Shown piece after piece: positions 36,771-46,733 of a stretch of DNA of 64,000 nucleotides; position 1 is the stretch's first letter; the number at the start of each line of letters is the position of its first letter. The DNA comes from Bacteroidota bacterium. Its GTDB lineage: Bacteria; Bacteroidota; Bacteroidia; Cytophagales; Cyclobacteriaceae. A program made the translations under genes and the position numbers. Location: assembly GCA_003242315.2 (NCBI GenBank), contig QGUY02000003.1, positions 141 to 64,140 on the forward strand, written 5' to 3'. The notes below the pieces were generated by a model. It worked only from the letters and a program-made list of their open reading frames with translations. It was not told the origin of the DNA and did not search any database.

Positions 36771-37979
36771 TCAGCGCTCAACCCACAGCTTTCTTGTAAG
36801 CGTTTTTCCCACGTGGGTTATGGTGACCACGTAAAGTCCGGGAGCAACACCATCCAGGTCCAGGGTAATGGATGTCTCACCCCGTGCATCCACTGACGTT
36901 AACACATGGCCAAGGGTATCAATGATTTTTACAGTGCCAATACCATCAGTTCGTTCAACACGAACGAGGTGGTCAACTGCTGGATTCGGATAAAGTCTCA
37001 AGCCGGATTCCTCACCTTCGACTCCTGTTACCAGGTCGCAATACGGCTCGTCGGGAGTGTTCTCAACAAAGTCCTTAAGCCATACGAGTGCCGGCCGTTC
37101 CGTCCCTCCTGCCCTCAGCAGGTGCGCTTCATCACGCCACATCTGTCCTTGAATGTATCCCCACAGGGTAATGCCTTCGACAGCAGGGTGAGCCCACATG
37201 ACAGGAAACTGGTTGCGATAAATGTCCAGCTGCTTGTTGTCAGTCCCTCTCACGTCGTATTCTGTAATGTACAAGGGCAAGCCTGCGGTGGCCATCGCAT
37301 CTAATCGCGACTTCAACTCGGAAGCCGTCGTTTCTTCAATACTATGTCCTTGCAACCCGATGCCGTCAATAAGACCACGATCTTTTAAGAGGTTGACAAC
37401 CTGTAAATACGATTGTGTGGAGGTAAAACCATTCAGTATGTTGTATTCGTTGATGAGCAGCTTCGCATCGGGGCAATAATTCCTTGCAAGTTCGAATGCC
37501 TTAATCACCCAATCATACCCCGTGCTGCCCGCGCCGCCCAGCGCCGGCGCAAAAGTTGGAGGCGCGTTTAAGGGTTCGTTTACTACCTCGATCATATCGG
37601 TAGCAGGGTATCGACTGCAAAACGCCTCCATCCATTCCTCAATCTCTTCCAACTGTTCCGCGGCACTGAGTCCGGCCAGCCATCCGGGTTTTTGCTGCTC
37701 CCAGATAAAGGTATGCTGCTTAAATATATAACCTTTTGCAAGTGCGTGATTGTATGCCGCATCGAGAGGAGCCCAGTTCATTGCATCGCGCTGTGGTTCC
37801 GCCTCTCCCCACTTCCCCGCGTTCTCCGGCGTTATCTGGTTCCAGTACTGATCGAACGACGCAGGAACAGAATTCCCTACCACATTCCCAAGAAACTTGC
37901 ACTTGTTCACCGCAAGCTGCGCTGAAACGGGATAAGTAAGCAACAGCAGGATGCCCAGCGTGATAACTATCAACCGCAT
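36771..37979 (-). CDS. GH10 endo-1,4-beta-xylanase with T9SS C-terminal sorting domain
   Basis: MIEVVNEPLN (acid/base Glu) and LPLYITEYDVRG (nucleophile Glu). C-terminal LRLYPNPAVDHLVRV...GLYVVTITH...RKLWVER. Confidence 0.85.
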   Translation of the reverse strand: MRLIVITLGILLLLTYPVSAQLAVNKCKFLGNVVGNSVPASFDQYWNQITPENAGKWGEAEPQRDAMNWAPLDAAYNHALAKGYIFKQHTFIWEQQKPGWLAGLSAAEQLEEIEEWMEAFCSRYPATDMIEVVNEPLNAPPTFAPALGGAGSTGYDWVIKAFELARNYCPDAKLLINEYNILNGFTSTQSYLQVVNLLKDRGLIDGIGLQGHSIEETTASELKSRLDAMATAGLPLYITEYDVRGTDNKQLDIYRNQFPVMWAHPAVEGITLWGYIQGQMWRDEAHLLRAGGTERPALVWLKDFVENTPDEPYCDLVTGVEGEESGLRLYPNPAVDHLVRVERTDGIGTVKIIDTLGHVLTSVDARGETSITLDLDGVAPGLYVVTITHVGKTLTRKLWVER

Positions 37980-38117
37980 ACGAATTTCTGATCACATTTT
38001 ATCAACCACGGATCGTCGATTACCATATAGTCTATACATTATTTTACCACCCTTTCCACACCGCCATACCATCAATTAGTGACTACCCGATCGCCGATCA
38101 CCCCATCACCATTACAT

Positions 38118-38152
38118 AAAAAAAGCGGGGTGGCTCTGTTGGCCAACCCCGC
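38118..38152 (-). terminator. Rho-independent terminator after susD
   Basis: The minus strand reads gcggggttggcc...ggccaccccgc followed by TTTTTTT. Lies 43 nt downstream of the stop at 38195. Confidence 0.7.
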
Positions 38153-38194
38153 CGTTCTTCTTGCAGCTATTTGCGTTCGTCGTCCATCAAAATC

Positions 38195-40159
38195 CTATTC
38201 AGTAACATAACCAGGATTCTGATAGGCTTGCTTTTCTTCAGGAGTCATTTCAAGCGCGTCGATCTGACCTTGCGGTATCGGACGGAGGTAGTGGTACGGC
38301 TGGATCTGGCGATTCACTACCTGAACCGTATGGTCTCCTTTCGCAGGGCCGCAGATTTCATATGTGGAAGCGTACTCTTCCCATTTCTGCGTGCGAATCA
38401 GGTCATACCAACGGTATCCTTCACCGAAGTATTCGCGCGACCGTTCTTCAAGGATATAGTCGATGTCAATGTCCGTCGGAGTGGCCGCAACCATAGCAGC
38501 GCTGTTGTCCTCGATACGCTCCGTGTTGGCAGCGTTGTCGAAGCGCCATTTACCTGCGCGGGCGCGGATGACGTTGATCAGGTCATATGCCGTCTTGCCA
38601 GCTACGGTAGCAGCACCCTTCACTGCCGCTTCTGCAGCGATGAAGTACAGTTCCGAGAACTTAGCAATATTGAAGGGACGCGTGTTGGTGGCGTTCGGTT
38701 GACCCAGGCCGTTACCGTTGTTCGTACGGTATGTACCCAGCTTCCATAGGCCTGGATACATGAGTCGGCTTATAGCACGAGGCGTTACAACATAGTCGGG
38801 TCTTCCGGGAATCGTACCTGCACCCACGTTGCTGGGGCCGGGGCCATCCGGATAGGTAATGTTAGGAGCCTCAGTTTCGTCCGGCAGGAATGTCAGGATC
38901 GGGTCGCCAGGGCTAACCGGGAGGTTGTTTGCGTTATACAACACCTCGTTGGTAACACCACCCTTGGGCCAGTTGCCACGATACACTGTTGTGAAGGTAC
39001 CGTCGTACCGTGAATCCAACGTCTTGTCTGCGAACGTGTTTGTGAATACACCTATGGTCGGACACATCCGAATCCACGGGCGACCCAGCGGTTGCACCGC
39101 TTCACGCTGAACAGAGCTAACGGGACCCGAGCCGTCAGGATTAGCTGCGCTTCTGATTTCCGTATAGTTCCACGTCATGAACCACACAGCAAAGTTTCCG
39201 GGCGCTGCACCGTCCCCAAAGCAGTTGGTACAAGCTCCGTTGTAGAAGTCGCTTTCTTCGGTGTGGTCGGCGTACAACAGAATTTCGTTGTTGCGGTCGT
39301 TGCTACCAACGTGAACGTCATAGTAGGTTGGTTGCAAACCAAACGGTCCCGGATCATCGATGGCCTCGACAGCCACGTTGTAAGCTTCCTGGAAGTACCA
39401 GGCGGCGTCGTGACCGTCAGGATCCACGCGAGGTGTTTCAGGATAGGTCGGGATGTTGTTCGGGTTTTCCAACCACCATGCATACGTCAGGTATGCTTTT
39501 GCGAGATAAAGACGCGCAAGCGTCTTCGTTGCGCCGCCGGTAACACGACCTACAGCAGGCAAGTCCTGAACAGCAATTTTGAGGTCGGGGAATATGGCCT
39601 TCGTATAAACTTCAGGCACAGTATTGCGCACCGAAGTTCTCACAGGAGACGTATTGAACTTGAGTTCACCGTTACCCAGATCCAGCGGCACGCCGCCGAA
39701 TGTCTGCACGAGCATGAAGTAGTCGAACGCACGGAAGAACCGGGCCTCAGCAATCAGCGCTGCGGGTATTGTACCTACTTCCGTCGCATTCTCAATGATA
39801 CCGTTCGCGGTGTTGATATTGGCGAACGCATTTCCCCATAGTACATCGGCACGGCTGTTTTGAGGAGTAATTTGACCCTGACCGCTGATGTCCATGACTT
39901 TGAAGTTTTCATCAGCGCTCTGTCCCCACGTAGCCTCGTCTGTACCTACAAGTGTCGTGTTGTAGAAGTAACCCTGGCCGAAGATGTAGCGCAGGTGCGC
40001 ATACATGGCTGTCAGCCCACCGTAAACGCCCTTTTCTGTTTTGAAGAACCCGGGCTCGTAGATGCTGCGCGGTTGTTCCTCCAAAATGTTGGAGCAACCG
40101 ACCAGGAACATCGTCAACGCAAGTGTTCCCGCAAGCTTATTTATTTTAAACCTTTTCAT
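38195..40159 (-). CDS. susD: SusD/RagB-family nutrient-binding lipoprotein
   Basis: Lipobox LVGCSN, 654 aa, TPR-like SusD pattern (RAFDYFMLVQTFGGVPL), and a position directly downstream of susC. Confidence 0.9.
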   Translation of the reverse strand: MKRFKINKLAGTLALTMFLVGCSNILEEQPRSIYEPGFFKTEKGVYGGLTAMYAHLRYIFGQGYFYNTTLVGTDEATWGQSADENFKVMDISGQGQITPQNSRADVLWGNAFANINTANGIIENATEVGTIPAALIAEARFFRAFDYFMLVQTFGGVPLDLGNGELKFNTSPVRTSVRNTVPEVYTKAIFPDLKIAVQDLPAVGRVTGGATKTLARLYLAKAYLTYAWWLENPNNIPTYPETPRVDPDGHDAAWYFQEAYNVAVEAIDDPGPFGLQPTYYDVHVGSNDRNNEILLYADHTEESDFYNGACTNCFGDGAAPGNFAVWFMTWNYTEIRSAANPDGSGPVSSVQREAVQPLGRPWIRMCPTIGVFTNTFADKTLDSRYDGTFTTVYRGNWPKGGVTNEVLYNANNLPVSPGDPILTFLPDETEAPNITYPDGPGPSNVGAGTIPGRPDYVVTPRAISRLMYPGLWKLGTYRTNNGNGLGQPNATNTRPFNIAKFSELYFIAAEAAVKGAATVAGKTAYDLINVIRARAGKWRFDNAANTERIEDNSAAMVAATPTDIDIDYILEERSREYFGEGYRWYDLIRTQKWEEYASTYEICGPAKGDHTVQVVNRQIQPYHYLRPIPQGQIDALEMTPEEKQAYQNPGYVTE

Positions 40160-40170
40160 GTTGTACTATT

Positions 40171-43100
40171 CTAGAATGTGAAGTTGACACCGAAGACGTA
40201 ATTGCGTGTGGACGGCGTGTTAGTACCGAGCGTGAGTATACGCCTCAGGTTTCCAGACAGAGGTACCGCCGCATTCTCGTTGCCATACGAGTTGGTTTCA
40301 GGATCCATGCCGGACTCGTCGTGGTACGGCGAGAACAGCACAAACGGATTCTGCACAGTAAAGTACGCTCTCAGGTTAATATCCGCATTCGGGAAGAGCT
40401 TGCTAAAGTCGTAGCCCAGCGTGATGGTCCTAATCTTCATATAGGACGCGTCAAAATAACCGAGCGTAGAAGCATACTTCGGGTTGTCGTTGCTCCGAAC
40501 GCCATTTGGTGCCGGATACCTGGTATTCGGGTTTTCAGGTGTCCACCAATCAACGTCGACGTTACCGTTGCGACCTGTCAGCAGGTTGGTGTAACCTCCG
40601 GATCCATAGATAGTGGCGTTAAGAATACCACCTCTCTTGAACACACCCACAGCGCTCAGGTCAAAGCCTTTGTAAGTGACACGTGTGCTGAAACCGCCCT
40701 GGAAGTCAGGTTCAAGACTGATAATCTGCCTGTCGTCCGGTCCAATAGCACGCGTCGGCGTACCATCAGGGTTATATGATCCGGTGTATTCTACCTTGAT
40801 CATCCCAACGTTTCCTCCCGGTTCCAGGATGTCGCGATAGGGATCTTCTTCCTGCCAGAGCCCGATACGCTTGTAGTCGAAGATCACATCAATAGGATGG
40901 CCTACGAACCACCAGTTGGCTTCATTTCTGTCAGCACCTGAATACAGCGACACGAGCTTGTTGCGGTTAGCATACAGGTTGATGCCAGCTTCCCAGGTCC
41001 ATCCGTTGGATTCGACGATCACACCGTTGAGGCTGATTTCGATACCCTTGTTTTCGGTCTGACCAATGTTTTCTGTAACTGACGATACACCTGAGGTTGG
41101 AGGAAGGCTGACATTCAGCAACAGGTCCTTCGTCTTCGTCACGTAGTATTCGATGGTACCAGACAGACGATCGCCCAGGAGGGAGAAGTCTACACCATAG
41201 TTCATAGTCTCAGAGTACTCCCATCCAAGGTGAGGGCTGGGCAGCTGCGTTACATAATATCCGGTAGAGAATTCGCTTCCGAAGTTGTAAGGCCTTGTGC
41301 TGAGGCGACCCAGGGTTTCATACGGGGCAACTGCCTGGTTGGAAGTTTGTCCATAACCGGCGCGAATCTTCAGCATGTTGACCGCTCCAACATTAGCCAT
41401 GAAGGGCTCGCGTGCAATATTCCAACCCACTGACACAGCGGGATACGTATGCCACTTGTGGCCTTCTGCGAGCCGCGACGAGCCATCTGAACGGACTGTT
41501 GCAGTGAGCATGTACTTGTCATCATAAGAGTACATCACACGTCCCATGTACGACATGAGGCCCCACAGTTCGTACTGTTGATCGCCGGGGTTGATGATCA
41601 GCTGGCCACCGGCTTGACCGAGGTTATAGAATTGGAAGTGATCGGCAGGGATATCGGTGGCCTCCATGCGCGAACGTGTGAACCTGTTTTGTTCAGCAGA
41701 ATACAGGGCGACCACATTAATGTTATGCTTGTCAGCAAACGTGCGGTCGTAGGTAAGCATGTTTTCAATCAGCCAGTGCCATGTGTGCGAATTGGTGACG
41801 GAGGCGCGCGATTCCGTAGTAGGGTTCGTGCTCATGATACCTTGTCCCGTGTAAGAGCCGCCGTTGCTCTGGCGAAAATCGAGACCAAGGTTGGTGCGGA
41901 ACGCGAGTCCTTCCACCCAGGGAATTTTCACTTCGCCATAGAGCGAGTTGTATGAAGCATAACCCCTGGTTTCGCTGAGCCATTGATCTTTCAGGTTTTC
42001 GACAATTTCTCTTGAGTATACCCAGGGCTCGTCGATACCAGCGCGTACCGTGCGCTTCCAGGTACCATCCGGATTGAACGGATTCGCAAGAGGCGACATT
42101 CTCAGGATACCTCCCACATCGATCTGGGTTCCTTCCGTAAGGTTGTAGTTGTTGTTGGTCGTAAATCCAACCTTGAAATGTTTGCCAATTTCCTGGTCGA
42201 TAGAACCACGTACGGTGTAGCGAGTGTATTGCTGGGTAGGAATAACAGCCTGGTCGAGGAAGTATCCGATGCCAAAGTTGTAGTTGCCGCGGTCGGTTCC
42301 TCCGGAAATTCCAACGTCGTGGCTAGTAATAGTTCCGGTACGATACAGCAGATCCTGCCAGTCGGTGCTCACATCTTCAGCTTCATCCAAACCGAGTGAG
42401 TAAAGACCAGCGGCTTCGCGAAGCGCAAGGAACTTCGGTCCGTCCATCATAGGATACTTGGCGAACACCTTCTTCGCGCCGTAGTAGCCGTTGTACGAAA
42501 CCCTGGCCTTTTGACCTTTTTGACCCTTGTGGGTGGTGATGAGGATGACACCGTTCGCACCGCGCGAACCGTAGATGGCGGTTGCGGAGGCATCCTTCAG
42601 GATGTCAACACTCTTAATGTCATTTGGGTTGATGTCGGCGATGGTACCAACAAACGGAATACCGTCAAGGACGATGAGGGGATCGTTGCTGGCCGTAAGC
42701 GATCGCGTACCGCGAACGCGGATCTGCATGGTAGCTCCCGGCTTGGACGATGTTTGGGTGAATTCGACACCGGGGAGACGACCCTGCAATGCCTGGGTAA
42801 TGTTTCCTGCGGGTATCTCCCGGATAGCGTCACCACTGATGGAAGCAACCGAACCTGTCACCGCCTCCTGGCGTTGCACACCGTAGCCGACCACAACCAC
42901 TTCGGTGAGTGATTCAACGGACGGTACAAGGGTGACATTGATGGTCGTTCGACCCGCCACGCCAATCTCCTGCGATTCATACCCAATGAACGAGAAGACG
43001 AGCACTGCGTCCGACTGCGGCACTTCTATGGCATAGTCGCCATTAGAGTCGGTGGTCGTACCCGTCGTTGAGCCCTTGACCAAGACGTTGGTGCCGGGGA

Positions 43101-43257
43101 GTCCTGCGCCCGTCTCGTCGGTAACCTTGCCCCTTACGGCAACCTGTGCCTGGGCGACAAACGCCGACATTAATAGCAATGTCAGCATCAAACTGAGCGA
43201 GAAGCGTGTGGGACGCTTCCCCGTCATCAGCGTCAGGAATAGTAACACTCTTTTCAT
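40171..43257 (-). CDS. susC: SusC/RagA-family TonB-dependent transporter
   Basis: Carboxypeptidase-regulatory-like N-terminus (VRGKVTDETGAGLPGTNVLVKGS), a plug region (GVILITTKKG-like GVILITTHKG), 1028 aa, and a terminal ...GVNFTF. Confidence 0.95.
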   Translation of the reverse strand: MKRVLLFLTLMTGKRPTRFSLSLMLTLLLMSAFVAQAQVAVRGKVTDETGAGLPGTNVLVKGSTTGTTTDSNGDYAIEVPQSDAVLVFSFIGYESQEIGVAGRTTINVTLVPSVESLTEVVVVGYGVQRQEAVTGSVASISGDAIREIPAGNITQALQGRLPGVEFTQTSSKPGATMQIRVRGTRSLTASNDPLIVLDGIPFVGTIADINPNDIKSVDILKDASATAIYGSRGANGVILITTHKGQKGQKARVSYNGYYGAKKVFAKYPMMDGPKFLALREAAGLYSLGLDEAEDVSTDWQDLLYRTGTITSHDVGISGGTDRGNYNFGIGYFLDQAVIPTQQYTRYTVRGSIDQEIGKHFKVGFTTNNNYNLTEGTQIDVGGILRMSPLANPFNPDGTWKRTVRAGIDEPWVYSREIVENLKDQWLSETRGYASYNSLYGEVKIPWVEGLAFRTNLGLDFRQSNGGSYTGQGIMSTNPTTESRASVTNSHTWHWLIENMLTYDRTFADKHNINVVALYSAEQNRFTRSRMEATDIPADHFQFYNLGQAGGQLIINPGDQQYELWGLMSYMGRVMYSYDDKYMLTATVRSDGSSRLAEGHKWHTYPAVSVGWNIAREPFMANVGAVNMLKIRAGYGQTSNQAVAPYETLGRLSTRPYNFGSEFSTGYYVTQLPSPHLGWEYSETMNYGVDFSLLGDRLSGTIEYYVTKTKDLLLNVSLPPTSGVSSVTENIGQTENKGIEISLNGVIVESNGWTWEAGINLYANRNKLVSLYSGADRNEANWWFVGHPIDVIFDYKRIGLWQEEDPYRDILEPGGNVGMIKVEYTGSYNPDGTPTRAIGPDDRQIISLEPDFQGGFSTRVTYKGFDLSAVGVFKRGGILNATIYGSGGYTNLLTGRNGNVDVDWWTPENPNTRYPAPNGVRSNDNPKYASTLGYFDASYMKIRTITLGYDFSKLFPNADINLRAYFTVQNPFVLFSPYHDESGMDPETNSYGNENAAVPLSGNLRRILTLGTNTPSTRNYVFGVNFTF

Positions 43258-43301
43258 AGAAAATGGTTAAATGGTACAGCTGTTAAAACGTATGTTAAAT
43301 C

Positions 43302-43319
43302 TACGCAACCGATTGCGTA
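43302..43319. promoter_or_regulatory. LacI-type palindromic operator (TACGCAA-CCGA-TTGCGTA)
   Basis: Perfect 7-nt arms, about 45 nt upstream of the susC ATG (43257). Confidence 0.55.
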
Positions 43320-43369
43320 AAACAAAAACTAAATGCACACTTTTGATGTGTTTTTTGTCTGATCAAAGA

Positions 43370-45565
43370 TTATCGTACCGTCAAACGAGCCTGTGCTGGG
43401 GGATTTATCCCCAGTTCTGCGCTGCGCTTACCCGGCACAGCGCCCGCAACCGAAATCGTAAATTGACCGGGTTCAAGCACCTTTTCGCCCGTGTCCGTTA
43501 CCACGGAAAGCATGTCCGGAGTGATCTCAAACTCTACCTGGGTCGACTGGCCCGGCTCAAGTCGAACTCGCTTGATACCTGAAAGGGTAAACAACGGTAC
43601 GCGGTACTTTGAAGCCTCATCTGTAACATAGAGTTGCACCACTTCCTCCGCGGCAAACTTGCCGGTGTTGGTTACCGTCGCCTTCACAGTAATGGGTTCC
43701 ATATTCCTCCTGCGTACAACGTCACGCGACAACGTTGCCCCGGAATATTCAAACGTCGTATAGCTCAACCCAAAACCAAACGGATACAACGGCTCTTCTT
43801 TCATGTACCGGTATGTCCGGCCTTCCATATTGTAATCAGCATAGTCAGGCAGTTGGTCGAACGACTTGGGGAAGGTTATCGGAAGACGACCTGAAGGTGA
43901 CGCCTTCCCAAAAATGACATCAGCCACGGCATTGCCGCCTTCTTCACCGGGATACCATACGAGTAGCACGGCGTCCGCCAGCTCGTGAACTTCAGCCAGG
44001 TTCATCGGGCTGCCACCAGTGATGATGGCAATGACAGGGCGGTCATTGTTCTCGCGGATTTTCCGAAGGAAGTCAATCTGATTCTGCGGTAAGTTGTAAT
44101 CCAAACGATCGCCATAGTGTGGCGATGCTATAGCGGCACCCTCCTCCCCTTCAATAAGTCCGGTAATTCCTAACACCACAAAATTTGCATCACTGATCTT
44201 CGTGTTGCCGGTAGTCCAATCGATAGGATTAGCGTTTGGCCGATCGAGCAAGATGCCATGGCGATACTGGAGTTGGCTGCCTGGCGCAATGGCCGCTGCA
44301 ATACCCTCGAGGATGGTGACCATCTCGGGGTTCACACCATAATAATTGCCGATCAACGCCTCTACGCTCGCCGCATTGGGACCCGTAATGAAATAGTAGG
44401 ACAGGTCATTCCTCAGGGGAAGTACTCCATTGTTCTTAAGCATCACGATGGACTTCAACGCCGCTTCGCGCGCGAGTTTTCGGTGTGCCTCGCTGTTGAT
44501 GACCTCGGGGCCAATACGGTCGTACGGATTCTTCCCCTTCGGATCGAACATGCCGAGCTTGAATCGCGTCCGCAGCAGGATGGCCAGCTCGCGATTAATT
44601 TCCTCCTCAGTAATAAGTCCCTGCTTTATGGCATCAAGCAAAGCGTTGTACTCCGTACCGCAGTCCAACCCTACGCCCGCCTTGACAGCCATGGCAGCTG
44701 CCTCAGCCTCTGTAGCGACGACCTTATGTCCCGTGTACAAGTCACCCACCGCACCGCAGTCGCTTACTATGTGTCCTTTGAAACCCCATTGATTGCGGAG
44801 AATATCCGTAAGCAGTGTGTTGCTGGAACAGCAGGGTTCACCGTTGGTGCGATTATAGGCACACATGACCGCCTCCACGCCGGCATCAACAAGCGCCTTG
44901 AAGGCGGGAAGGTATGTTTCGTGAAGATCTTTCGCGGAGCTGATCGCGTCAAACTCATGCCGCAGACGTTCGGGTCCGCTGTGCACGGCGTAGTGCTTTG
45001 CACATGCTGCCGCCTTCAGGTACACCGGATCATTGCCCTGCAAACCTTTCACATACGCGGCCCCTAACCGGGCCGTCAGGTAAGGATCTTCCCCGTAGGT
45101 TTCCTGGCCCCGACCCCAACGCGGGTCGCGGAAGATATTGATGTTCGGCGTCCAGAACGTTAGTCCCCCATAACGCTTATGGTAATCCTTTTCCATGGCG
45201 GCGTTGTACATCGCCCGCGCCTCATCGGAGATTGCGGACGAGATCCGGAAGATCAGATCCTCATCAAACGTGGCGCCCAGGCCAATAGCCTGGGGGAAAA
45301 CGGTGGCCACACCGGATCGCGCAACGCCGTGTAAGCTTTCATTCCACCAGTCGTACGCCGGGATGTTCAGCCTCGGGATCGCCGGCGTGGCGTTCATCAT
45401 CTGCTGAACTTTTTCTTCCAGGGTAAGCCGGCTGATAAGATCATTAACCCGTGCATCGAGCGGTTGTGATGGGTCAAGATACGCCTGGCCCCGGCAGACC
45501 GTAACAGCTGCCACAACAAGAATGAGCGTTCTGACAGTAGAGATGATCATAGGCTTGGTGGTCAT
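43370..45565 (-). CDS. GH3 beta-xylosidase/beta-glucosidase
   Basis: KHYAVHSGPE and GFKGHIVSDCGAV (nucleophile Asp region), a C-terminal Fn3-like domain, and a signal peptide from ATG 45565 (MTTKPMIIST). Confidence 0.9.
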   Translation of the reverse strand: MTTKPMIISTVRTLILVVAAVTVCRGQAYLDPSQPLDARVNDLISRLTLEEKVQQMMNATPAIPRLNIPAYDWWNESLHGVARSGVATVFPQAIGLGATFDEDLIFRISSAISDEARAMYNAAMEKDYHKRYGGLTFWTPNINIFRDPRWGRGQETYGEDPYLTARLGAAYVKGLQGNDPVYLKAAACAKHYAVHSGPERLRHEFDAISSAKDLHETYLPAFKALVDAGVEAVMCAYNRTNGEPCCSSNTLLTDILRNQWGFKGHIVSDCGAVGDLYTGHKVVATEAEAAAMAVKAGVGLDCGTEYNALLDAIKQGLITEEEINRELAILLRTRFKLGMFDPKGKNPYDRIGPEVINSEAHRKLAREAALKSIVMLKNNGVLPLRNDLSYYFITGPNAASVEALIGNYYGVNPEMVTILEGIAAAIAPGSQLQYRHGILLDRPNANPIDWTTGNTKISDANFVVLGITGLIEGEEGAAIASPHYGDRLDYNLPQNQIDFLRKIRENNDRPVIAIITGGSPMNLAEVHELADAVLLVWYPGEEGGNAVADVIFGKASPSGRLPITFPKSFDQLPDYADYNMEGRTYRYMKEEPLYPFGFGLSYTTFEYSGATLSRDVVRRRNMEPITVKATVTNTGKFAAEEVVQLYVTDEASKYRVPLFTLSGIKRVRLEPGQSTQVEFEITPDMLSVVTDTGEKVLEPGQFTISVAGAVPGKRSAELGINPPAQARLTVR

Positions 45566-45609
45566 GGTGGTTTTTCTTTGCCTCCAATTTTGGCAAATGA
45601 TATGATTTT

Positions 45610-45623
45610 TGCAACCGATTGCA
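45610..45623. promoter_or_regulatory. LacI-type palindromic operator (TGCAACCGATTGCA)
   Basis: Same GCAACCGATTGC core as 43302-43319 and 35634-35649. It lies in the 123-bp divergent spacer, 45 nt from the GH3 ATG and 66 nt from the LacI ATG. Confidence 0.5.
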
Positions 45624-45688
45624 TAAAAACCTCTCGACGCGGTCAGAACCCTGTGCCAATTGACTATTTTGCGATGCATGCGATTGAA

Positions 45689-46714
45689 ATGAGCCATAAA
45701 GAGGTCACGATTTACGACATAGCCCGCGCCCTTAACCTTTCGCCCGCAACCATCAGCCGGGGGCTAAAGGACCACCCGGGCCTGCGCCAGGAGACCCGCG
45801 AACGCATCCAGAAGGCCGCCCGCGAAATGGGATACCGCCATAACGCGTTTGCCAGTAACCTGCGACGAAAACGAACCAATACAATTGGCGTGATGATTCC
45901 GCGACTCAACAGCTACTTCATGGCGACAGTAATAGCGGGAATCGAAAAGGTAGCCAACGCCGCAGGCTATAACCTGATCATCAGCCAATCGGAGGAATCG
46001 TATAAAAAAGAGATGTCGGGCGTGACCACCATGTTTAACAGCCGGGTGGACGGCCTGCTGGTGTCACTCGCTTACAACACAGAAAATCTTGACCACTTCG
46101 AGGCACTCCTCAAAAAGGAAATACCCATCGTGTTTTTCGATCGCGTGATAGACCATCCCGCTTGCACCAGTATAGTTATCGACAACCGTCGCGCAGGCTA
46201 CGAGGTCACGCGCCATCTGCTCGAACAGGGATGCACCCGCATCGTCCATCTCGTAGGCAATCTGAATCGAAATGTGTACGCCGACCGTCTCGACGGTTAC
46301 CGACAGGCCCTTAGTGAATTTGGCATAGCCTACGATGAACCACTGGTAGTACAGGGCGACCTGACTGAACAGGCAGGCAAAGAAGCAACGGAGAAAATGC
46401 TCGCGATGAATCCAAGACCAGACGGCGTGTTCGCCTCGAACGACACCACTGCAGTCGCTGTGATTCGGACATTAAAGCAGGCCGGACTCCGTGTGCCGCA
46501 TGACGTCGCTGTTGCCGGCTTCAACAATGACCCTTTGGCCAGTGTCATCGAACCAGGACTCACCACGGTAAACTATCCCGGCGACATCATTGGTGAAGTT
46601 GCCGCTCAAACCCTGATGAAAAAACTTGACGGAGCACAACAGGAAACTTCAAACGTCATTACCATTGAACATAACCTGATCATCAGACAGTCGACACTGC
46701 GAACGAATCATTGA
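45689..46714 (+). CDS. LacI-family transcriptional regulator (paralog 2)
   Basis: HTH VTIYDIARALNLSPATISRGLKD. Collinear with paralog 1 (TIGVMIP, IPIVFFDR, FASNDTTA). Start moved to ATG 45689. Confidence 0.9.
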   Translation: MSHKEVTIYDIARALNLSPATISRGLKDHPGLRQETRERIQKAAREMGYRHNAFASNLRRKRTNTIGVMIPRLNSYFMATVIAGIEKVANAAGYNLIISQSEESYKKEMSGVTTMFNSRVDGLLVSLAYNTENLDHFEALLKKEIPIVFFDRVIDHPACTSIVIDNRRAGYEVTRHLLEQGCTRIVHLVGNLNRNVYADRLDGYRQALSEFGIAYDEPLVVQGDLTEQAGKEATEKMLAMNPRPDGVFASNDTTAVAVIRTLKQAGLRVPHDVAVAGFNNDPLASVIEPGLTTVNYPGDIIGEVAAQTLMKKLDGAQQETSNVITIEHNLIIRQSTLRTNH

Positions 46715-46733
46715 GAGCTTAACATTGACAGAC

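Noticed and set aside
39092-39841. 249-aa plus-strand ORF
   Set aside because: It is antisense to susD and has no motifs.
44258-45067. 269-aa plus-strand ORF
   Set aside because: It is antisense to the GH3 gene and has no motifs.
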